Shown here: in pieces, positions 28,401 through 34,759 of the stretch | Layout: every line of letters starts with the position of its first letter | How positions within the stretch are numbered: the stretch's first letter is position 1 | Assembly: GCA_964607945.1 (NCBI GenBank) | Contig: CAZSNX010000002.1 | Coordinates: 1-35,372, forward strand | DNA: 35,372 bases | Direction: 5' to 3' | From: an uncultured Candidatus Obscuribacterales bacterium | GTDB taxonomy: Bacteria; Cyanobacteriota; Vampirovibrionia; Obscuribacterales; Obscuribacteraceae | Notes under the pieces: model-generated | The model's database searches: none | What the model was told of the DNA's origin: nothing | The model's input: only the letters and a program-made list of their open reading frames with translations | Translations under genes and position numbers: made by a program

Positions 28401-29438
28401 GTGCGCGACGCGGCGATTGGTCGGATGTCGCAACAAGTGGGTAATTCGGAGGTCGAAGCGGCCTATGCAATTCAGGTCGAATCGAACGGAGCCGATGTCA
28501 GTGTTCCGATCGTGCAAACTGTCGCTCAATTGAGCGAAGATCCACGCTGCAAGGATGCGGCTTCGGCATATCTCAATCTGCGTTCGCTGGTCGCTCACTC
28601 GTCGGGTGGCGGCACCCGCCGCGGCAACATAACGATTCAAGCGATGCTGCGGGATAGCGGCGGTGGTGGCGGGTCAGCGGCGCCGGTGCATCCAGGAAAT
28701 GTCCATATCCCAACCATCAATTCGCCGCCTCCGGTAGTTCAGCAGGATGCCGATATCGAGATTGTCGGCGGCGGTGGCGGCAGCGCCGATGGCAATCAGC
28801 CGGTACAAAGGCTGAGTATGGATGTTCCTCTCAACAATTCCGGTCAACCGCAAGTTCACACTGATACTCGTGTTCACGGTGGTGGCGCCGGCGGTGGTGG
28901 CGGCGTGCTCAACCAGAATGTCGAAGTGGAAGTACGTGGTGTGGGCGGTCAAGGACAGGCTCCCACCATCAGCCAGGGCGATATCGCCGGGGCCGTTGCC
29001 GGAGCCGGAGTCAATACGAGACCGCTTTACATGGCTGCTCAGATGATGCTGGATATGTACAACGCCGGCTTCAACGATTCGCAGATTCAAGACCCGAAAG
29101 TAGCCAACATCGCTACTCACTATTACAGTCAGGGTCAACCGCATATGCTCAGCACAGTAGCTGTTGCCGCTCGCGTCCTTGGCAACAACGATGTAAGCGC
29201 AGGCACCGTGCAGACGATTCAAACCATGATTGATGCCGGTCACAATCCCAACCAGATTCAACGTCCGGATGTATGGACGGCGGAAGCTTGTATCGCCAGA
29301 CAGCTCTACCCGACGCCGGCACAGGTGCGCCGATGGAGGCTGGATGAGCGCTTCAGCCCGCACAGAGGCTCGATGCTGCCGCCGAATCTGGGACGCAACG
29401 ATGGCCGACCCGATCCGCCCCAACATCGTGGCTCCTAA
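25494..29438 (+). CDS. giant VirB6/TrbL-like polytopic membrane protein with ~800-aa C-terminal extension, paralog 1
   Basis: 1314 aa. The signal-like segment ends in ALAQ-TEPP. About 8-9 TM segments lie at aa ~230-500. LLLLFILCIWKYWAEASWRGGGNLMGAVGRLIFTAGLML resembles the first TM, loop and second TM of TrbL/VirB6. A low-complexity linker and a conserved soluble C-terminal region follow. The start is uncertain (TTG 25494, ATG 25527, TTG 25581). Confidence 0.7.
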   Translation: MDSTVLADTTCMIQFLYRLLCARIFDSTRLPALSTCRVEVRKSSSSRAGRALLVMFLLLAPYILLSGAALAQTEPPQQKAGDTLPIGAGDLGAGDDLSPKASRTDPTSKYYTDSRADTNLVTQEAEQNKNGVTEIVTDMLKGQLGEYNDVYWGQHQFWSDDIVSNLFSNIGQLIGKWLTEFIDGWVADTVQFLTAFLRIFVLNPNIAVNGLNGNGQDDISPYIRQAADIMYGIAVDLLLLLFILCIWKYWAEASWRGGGNLMGAVGRLIFTAGLMLAWPTIYAFEIQITNEMIKAIYFNSADQVVMLDAAMAAAVKGGLMATAGGLAHAFAPVIFSVAGGALGGGAGGLVLGTVGDIVSFAGLLIYTTLGVVLITELVYFLVLKAIQTALLVAQYMFAPIFLVFFATPDTESVTSGFVKAFVEVSLWNFVWIGLLKIMVIVLYSDFNPWGKIIMAVGILQIMIQVPGFLSRAQISPMSDFISAGLISGSVLNGFKALGMAATKRTSQLFDYMFNQQYAARGLTQSTGAVMATLPTQAADPKLLNQIRAAAVGKSLDGRPDTGPGRPPAARGDGAHSLAAPGLTGLNGQQPETEQQKQARLEQERQQKAQQYAAVLAAARTGTGLPAGTQPVAGAAGVPLDAAGGAGANLNATPGVRNNLAAGALVGASAGMARALSDAGLHRGVTDPLTTNVAHGLQGAGQAFEKGLDEKFAHGGAEGDVINPAQRFNHAGYKFVQAKIAAVDARTYNGNSIGFSDDGQNKLVGDGRGNLRHMRARKGASAEEVAHLVLAGGFTELFKDDSEAFDAARQSAIDSGEDGPKGMFERMGAGFMAHQGGTFKQTARAKERFAKSLFKHAALGAESYVSGKPGNAYTEYLRTRFGDWSAKDDTWGTHILTDAASPESPWNPKYVPATETVFQSGLPINNQNRAAAANPYVMKLPAWQRRAGIVAVSGYLKQLADAQYPDADDYVRDAAIGRMSQQVGNSEVEAAYAIQVESNGADVSVPIVQTVAQLSEDPRCKDAASAYLNLRSLVAHSSGGGTRRGNITIQAMLRDSGGGGGSAAPVHPGNVHIPTINSPPPVVQQDADIEIVGGGGGSADGNQPVQRLSMDVPLNNSGQPQVHTDTRVHGGGAGGGGGVLNQNVEVEVRGVGGQGQAPTISQGDIAGAVAGAGVNTRPLYMAAQMMLDMYNAGFNDSQIQDPKVANIATHYYSQGQPHMLSTVAVAARVLGNNDVSAGTVQTIQTMIDAGHNPNQIQRPDVWTAEACIARQLYPTPAQVRRWRLDERFSPHRGSMLPPNLGRNDGRPDPPQHRGS

Positions 29439-29688
29439 AATTAGCTAGCTGGCTCCGAAGAGTTCGGCAGAGCGGCAAGATGAGTGCTGCCAGCCGTTTT
29501 TGGCGCTCCGGCAATTGAGTTGTTTGACGTCGGCTTACATCCCTATGCCGAAATCGACGGAAGCCGATAGTCAAAATCGTGCACAATTACACACTTACCA
29601 AAGTCGCCGGGCGCAATAACATTTAACTGTTGTTCCCTCCAACAAAATCAAGACCGCTTCACAGGCGGTTGGGCTGGCTTGTGTTCTC

Positions 29689-32600
29689 ATGAATAAAAGA
29701 TGGAATTTTTACGCTGGCATCGTCGGCCGAACAGATAGCCGCTCCGGCTTGGCGTTGTGCGCGCTATTGCTCGTTTTATTACCTTACTTTTGCCTGATTC
29801 CAGCATCCAATTCGCAGACCGAGCCGCCGGAGTCGGGCAATGCTTCGTCAAACAGTGCAAATGCAGTCTTAGATGATGGTTTGTCCGAGCAAGCGAAAAA
29901 GACTGATGCTACTGCCCGCTATTTTACCGATGCCGATCTCGAAACTTCGCTGGTACAGCAAGCCGCCGAGCAAAACAAGACCGGTGTGATTGAAGAAGTG
30001 GAGCGCCTTTTAAGAGGGGAGCTCGGCGTATACAACGATACTTACTTCGCGCTCCATCAATGGTTTTCCGACGATTGGGTAAGCAATCTCTTTGCCAATA
30101 TCGGGCAATTGATCGGTAAGTGGCTGACGGAATTCTTGTGTGGCTGGGTGGCGGATACGGTCAGATTGCTGACTGCGTTCTTGAAAATTTTCGTGCTCAA
30201 TCCCAATCTACCTGTCAACGGGATGAAGCAAGACGGACCATCGGATGATATCTCCAAGATGGTCTGCCAAGCTACTGATGTTATGTATGGAATTGCCGTC
30301 GACCTGCTCCTGCTGCTTTTCATTCTCTGCATCTGGCGATTTTGGGCCGATGCGGCGTGGAAGGGCGGCGGCAATCTGATGGGGTCTGTCGGGCGCTTAA
30401 TTTTCACCGCCGGGCTGATGTTGGCATGGCCGACTATCTTTGCCTTCGAGATTCAAATCACAAATGAGATGATAAAGGCCGTCTACTTCAATTCGGCAGA
30501 TCAACTCGCTCAATTGGATGTCGCACTGGCAGCGGCGGTCAAAGGTGGGCTGGTAGCGACGGCGGCCGGTATTGCACAGGTATTTGCGCCGGTTTTAGGC
30601 GCAGCGACCGGCGGTGCGCTGAGCGCCGAGCTCGGCGGTATGGTGCTGGGCACCGTCGGCGATATCGTGGCCTATGCCGGGCTGATAGTTTTCACTATCC
30701 TGGGCGTCGTCCTGATAGCCGAAATAATGTATTTCCTCATATTGAAAGGGATTCAAACCGGGCTGCTTACCGCCCAATATATGTTTGCGCCAATTTTCCT
30801 GGTCTGTTTCGCTACCCCTGATACCGAATCGTATGCCTCCGGTTATGTCAAAGCGTGGATTGAGACGAGCTTGTGGACTTTCATCTGGGTCGGACTGTTC
30901 AAAATAATGGTGATCGTCATCTACTCGGATTTCAATCCCTGGGGCAAGATTATTATGGCGATCGGCGTTTTGCAATTGATGATTCAAGTGCCGGGATTTC
31001 TTGCCAGAGCAATGATATCGCCGATGTCTGACTTCATTTCGGCCGGTCTAGTTTCGGCGATGGCGTTCAAGGGGTTGGCTACTTTAGCCGGTGTCGGTGG
31101 AAAGGCGATGAATCGCTTCACCAAACAAGTGGCGGAGTGGCCGGCGCAGTATCCGCTCGTTTCAAAGGCGGCCGATCTGAACCGGTTGCCTACAAATGCT
31201 GCAGACCCGAACTTATTGGCTCAGTACAGAACGGCTTCTGCCGCCAAACCGATGGGAGCTGCCGGCACCGCCGGCTCACTGGGTGGTCCGGGCGCGGCCG
31301 GCGCCATCGGTAGCTCCGGAGCTGGAATCAATACCGGCACTGCAATCAACACTCAAAATGGTGCCGCTCAACCGGTAGCCGGTCAAACTGGTGCCGGATT
31401 TGCAGCCGGTGGGCAAATGACTGGCGTGCCGCAAAGAAGAGGCTCGCTTGGTGGCGTTGGGGCAAATCCGGCGTTGACTCCTGCCGGTCAGCCGGAAACT
31501 GAAGAGCAGCGTCAGAAGCGTCAGGAGATGGAAAGACTGCAAAAGGCCTCTAAATATGCTGCTGCTCTCCAGCAACAGAAGCAGGGTATAGTCACCGGCG
31601 GTTCAGCGCCGGGAACCGCAAACTTTGCCGCGGCCGGCGCGCTTACCGGAGTTCGGGCCGGACTGGGACGGACGCTCTCGCCGGCTGGTGTTCAGCGCGG
31701 AATGGTTGATCCCACTACAACCGGTGTTCCCGACGACGTGCAAGGACAAGATTTCATTTCAGCGGGGCTTGACAGTCTGCCCGGCTCGAATCAGCCTGAA
31801 AAGAAAGCCACATTCAATGCCGCAGAACAGCTCAATCAAGCTTATTACAAGTTCGTCCAAGGAAAGATAGCGGCGGTAAACGCTCGCACGTACAACGGCA
31901 ACAGTATCGGCTATTCCACCGATGGAAAAAACAAGCTTGTCGGTGACGGCAAGGGCAATCTCCGGCATATGCGAGCGCGCAAAGGCGCGACACCGGAGGA
32001 GGTGGCGCATCTGGTGCTGGCCGGTGGCTTCACTGAACTCATGAAAGATGATGCCGAAGCGCATGATGCCGCCAGAAATGCGGCGATTGACTCCGGTGTG
32101 CTGGAGCCTGAGCGATTGGGAAGACCGGGCGGGCTGTCCGAGCGGATAGCAGCCGGTTGGATCGGTTACAACGGCGGCAGCTTCCGGGAAACTGCCTTGG
32201 CCAAACAACGGTTCAATCGGGCGATGTTCGAACAAGCTGCCACCGGCTCAGAAGCTTATGTCAGCGGCCAGGAAGGCAATGCTTACACACAATATTTGCG
32301 CACTCGTTTCGGTGAATGGACGAGCAAGGACGACACCTGGGGTGTCCACATGATGACCGATGCCTCGATTGCGGCATCGCCCTGGAATCCTACCTACATC
32401 GCTGCCACCGACTCGATCCTGCAAGGCGGCATGAAGATAGATGAGCGGAATCGTGCCGCAGCCGGCAATACGCATGTTTTGAAACTGCCTGCCTGGCAGC
32501 GAAAGACGGCCATCCCGGCTGTGGCTGCTTACGCCACTCAGTTGGCCGAAGCGCAGTTTCCCGGGGCTGATTCTACAATCATCGACTCGGCGGTGCTGGG

Positions 32601-33450
32601 CCTGGTGCAGCACTTGAGCCCTCATGAAGTCTCGGCAGCCAATGCTATCTATCTGGAAGCTGGTGTGGAAGGGCTGTCGGTGCCGATGGTGCAGACAGTG
32701 GCCAATCTCTCCCGGCTGCCTGGCTCCGGCAGCGCTGAAGATGTGTACAAGAGCTTGCGCAGCACGATGAATGTGGTGACCAGTGCGCGACCGAGGAGCG
32801 CCGGCGGCAGTTCAACTGTTCGTGTCCTTTATGATGAAGGCGGCGGCTCAGCTCCACCCCCACCTCCGGCAATCGATGGCAACTTTATCGACGGCGGGCA
32901 TAGTGCAGCCGGTGTAACTGATATCGAAGTTCGCCCGCTTGGCGGGTCGCCCGGAGATTACAGTTCACCGGTGCAGGAAATTCATGTCGCCTCAGGCGGA
33001 GGCTCGTCTGGTGTAAGTGTTGGTAGATTTGATATGCCGCCGGCACAAAATGCCAATTTGATCGAGCGAGCCAGTCAGGTGGTGGTGCGCATGTATGACG
33101 CCGGCATGAACGACAAGCAGATACGCGACAGTCGGGTTGCCGATCTCGCTCATCATTTCTACGATAACCATCCGCACATGATGCATGCGGTTTCAGTGGC
33201 GGTGGATTGCCTGCCGCCGGGCGAATTGGATGTCGAGTCGGTCCATACAATAAATGATATGTTGAGCTCCGGTTACAACCCCGGTCAGATTCACCGCGCC
33301 GAAGTGGAGGTCGCTCGACGCTTCCGCGGTCAAAATATTGACCCCTCTCCGCGAGCTGTTGCCAGCTGGAGACAACGAGCTTACAATGATCCGACCATGA
33401 ACTCCGCTCCGCCGTCCCCACGCGGGCGAAAAGATCGAGTCAACCAATAA
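29689..33450 (+). CDS. giant VirB6/TrbL-like polytopic membrane protein with C-terminal extension, paralog 2
   Basis: 1253 aa and collinear with paralog 1. By-eye alignment gives 64/72 identical residues at 30289-30504 against 26187-26402, and 71/84 identical at 31846-32097 against 27687-27938. Confidence 0.75.
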   Translation: MNKRWNFYAGIVGRTDSRSGLALCALLLVLLPYFCLIPASNSQTEPPESGNASSNSANAVLDDGLSEQAKKTDATARYFTDADLETSLVQQAAEQNKTGVIEEVERLLRGELGVYNDTYFALHQWFSDDWVSNLFANIGQLIGKWLTEFLCGWVADTVRLLTAFLKIFVLNPNLPVNGMKQDGPSDDISKMVCQATDVMYGIAVDLLLLLFILCIWRFWADAAWKGGGNLMGSVGRLIFTAGLMLAWPTIFAFEIQITNEMIKAVYFNSADQLAQLDVALAAAVKGGLVATAAGIAQVFAPVLGAATGGALSAELGGMVLGTVGDIVAYAGLIVFTILGVVLIAEIMYFLILKGIQTGLLTAQYMFAPIFLVCFATPDTESYASGYVKAWIETSLWTFIWVGLFKIMVIVIYSDFNPWGKIIMAIGVLQLMIQVPGFLARAMISPMSDFISAGLVSAMAFKGLATLAGVGGKAMNRFTKQVAEWPAQYPLVSKAADLNRLPTNAADPNLLAQYRTASAAKPMGAAGTAGSLGGPGAAGAIGSSGAGINTGTAINTQNGAAQPVAGQTGAGFAAGGQMTGVPQRRGSLGGVGANPALTPAGQPETEEQRQKRQEMERLQKASKYAAALQQQKQGIVTGGSAPGTANFAAAGALTGVRAGLGRTLSPAGVQRGMVDPTTTGVPDDVQGQDFISAGLDSLPGSNQPEKKATFNAAEQLNQAYYKFVQGKIAAVNARTYNGNSIGYSTDGKNKLVGDGKGNLRHMRARKGATPEEVAHLVLAGGFTELMKDDAEAHDAARNAAIDSGVLEPERLGRPGGLSERIAAGWIGYNGGSFRETALAKQRFNRAMFEQAATGSEAYVSGQEGNAYTQYLRTRFGEWTSKDDTWGVHMMTDASIAASPWNPTYIAATDSILQGGMKIDERNRAAAGNTHVLKLPAWQRKTAIPAVAAYATQLAEAQFPGADSTIIDSAVLGLVQHLSPHEVSAANAIYLEAGVEGLSVPMVQTVANLSRLPGSGSAEDVYKSLRSTMNVVTSARPRSAGGSSTVRVLYDEGGGSAPPPPPAIDGNFIDGGHSAAGVTDIEVRPLGGSPGDYSSPVQEIHVASGGGSSGVSVGRFDMPPAQNANLIERASQVVVRMYDAGMNDKQIRDSRVADLAHHFYDNHPHMMHAVSVAVDCLPPGELDVESVHTINDMLSSGYNPGQIHRAEVEVARRFRGQNIDPSPRAVASWRQRAYNDPTMNSAPPSPRGRKDRVNQ

Positions 33451-33598
33451 TCGAGTCTTCAAATTTATAAGTGAGCCAATCAGAGTTAGTTGGCGCAGAT
33501 GAGGCTATCCCTCACGCAGTGTTGCGATGCGTTGATTAATTCTTGCTTCCCGACTACGTATTTCCCCCACTAATTTGCCTGAAACGCCTATTAGCGAT

Positions 33599-33630
33599 GG
33601 GCATTCCCCCATGACCGTGGGATTTCCCCC
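33599..33630 (+). promoter_or_regulatory. two-copy GGGAWTYCCCC motif (site C) upstream of the zinc-ribbon gene
   Basis: The sequence is GGGCATTCCCCC-N8-GGGATTTCCCCC. The ends of the two copies are 20 nt apart. A TACACT -10-like hexamer (33656-33661) lies 25 nt after the second copy, the same geometry as site A. An extra partial copy, TATTTCCCCC, is at 33559-33568. Confidence 0.45.
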
Positions 33631-33708
33631 GATTCACCGCGGAAGATGCCGGCCATACACTATGGACACGTGAATTGGAAGCCACTCACGGACTGGCAGG
33701 AACCCATT

Positions 33709-34407
33709 ATGCAAGTCATCAAAGAGTTTAGCGTTCAACCTACATCAGTGGTCTGTCCGGCCTGCAATTCAATCTTTGCCACCCCGGCGCTGGTAACGAT
33801 GCCGAATGTCACGCCCGAAACTTTGATCGAGGCTGACCTGCACAGGGTGTTGCCTGATGCGGCGATTCGAGCTGCGCTGGTGGCGATGTGTCCGGCTTGC
33901 AGCTATACCTGGTGGATTACCGCATTCAGACCACATCTATTTAAGCCCGGTCTGGTTCCTCCCACACCGATTATCGACAGTCCTAAGAAGTTTGCTCATG
34001 CCGTTTTGACCGGCAGACAAAACGGTGCTCACAGCTTGGACCTGGCACTGTTGGCGTTGAACGGATGCTGGTGTGCGCGCGAGGCCGGACAGCCTCACGA
34101 GCGCTGGCTGGAGCTGGCCGGAGCCGAACTCGAGAAAGCTTTGAGAGATGTCGAATGGAATGGCAATCGTAGCTACTATCACTATGTCATGGGTGAAGTC
34201 TGCCGGCAGTCGGGAGAGTTCAAAGGTGCGGTAAATCAGTTAAATCTGGTCGGACCAGAGTCAATGTTGCCGAAAGAATTAGTGGAACGCCAGAAGGTGC
34301 AGGCGATATCCGGCGATGCCAAGCCGGCGGCGCTGCCACCGCATCTGGTGGAGCTCCTTTTCTGTCCGAGAGTGAAGCAGCAAGAAAGTTTGGTTGCTGA
34401 GGAGTAG
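33709..34407 (+). CDS. DUF2225-like zinc-ribbon protein with helical (TPR-like) C-terminal part
   Basis: CPAC...(about 40 aa)...CPACSYTWW matches the split zinc-ribbon layout I recall for DUF2225. I prefer the start MQVIKEF (ATG 33709, AGGAA upstream) over ATG 33646, because 33646 lies upstream of the putative -10 element. Confidence 0.55.
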   Translation: MQVIKEFSVQPTSVVCPACNSIFATPALVTMPNVTPETLIEADLHRVLPDAAIRAALVAMCPACSYTWWITAFRPHLFKPGLVPPTPIIDSPKKFAHAVLTGRQNGAHSLDLALLALNGCWCAREAGQPHERWLELAGAELEKALRDVEWNGNRSYYHYVMGEVCRQSGEFKGAVNQLNLVGPESMLPKELVERQKVQAISGDAKPAALPPHLVELLFCPRVKQQESLVAEE

Positions 34408-34415
34408 CCGGAGAG

Positions 34416-34754
34416 ATGGAAGATATCACACCGCTTAATCTTGAAGATCAACCAAAGCTGTTCGGATTGCGTTACGACCAGCTGATAGCAATCCTGGCCA
34501 GCTTGATCGTATCGACGCAACTTTATTCTTGGCTCAACCCCGTTCCGTTCGCCGGACACGATCTCCGGTTGGACATTGCTATCCTGATCGGAATGATTGG
34601 TCCTATTTATGCACTATTCACCCTAAACAACTCGGCAGCACATTGGGAAAATGTACTGAATTTCTTTCTTTCATCGAAAGTCTATATTCCGGGACCGGAT
34701 CCAAATCCGAATCGTTTTCTTCTTGACGAAGAGCTAGTTGACTTCAGCGAGTAA
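34416..34754 (+). CDS. VirB3/PrgI/TcpE-like small two-TM type IV secretion component
   Basis: 112 aa. PKLFGLRYDQLIAILASLIV resembles the (F)(G/N)LT.RQL motif plus TM1 of PrgI/TcpE-type VirB3 analogs. A second TM is DIAILIGMIGPIYALF. It lies immediately upstream of the VirB4-like ORF. Confidence 0.55.
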   Translation: MEDITPLNLEDQPKLFGLRYDQLIAILASLIVSTQLYSWLNPVPFAGHDLRLDIAILIGMIGPIYALFTLNNSAAHWENVLNFFLSSKVYIPGPDPNPNRFLLDEELVDFSE

Positions 34755-34759
34755 ACACA

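Noticed and set aside
25626-29426. Several long minus-strand ORFs inside giant gene 1 (171, 108, 192, 145, 130 and 250 aa)
   Set aside because: All are antisense to a frame that is conserved at the protein level with its paralog. Long antisense ORFs are expected in GC-rich, Gly/Ala-rich coding sequence.
30057-33462. Minus-strand ORFs inside giant gene 2 (116, 130, 158, 125, 178 and 89 aa)
   Set aside because: The reason is the same as for giant gene 1: they are antisense to the conserved paralog frame.
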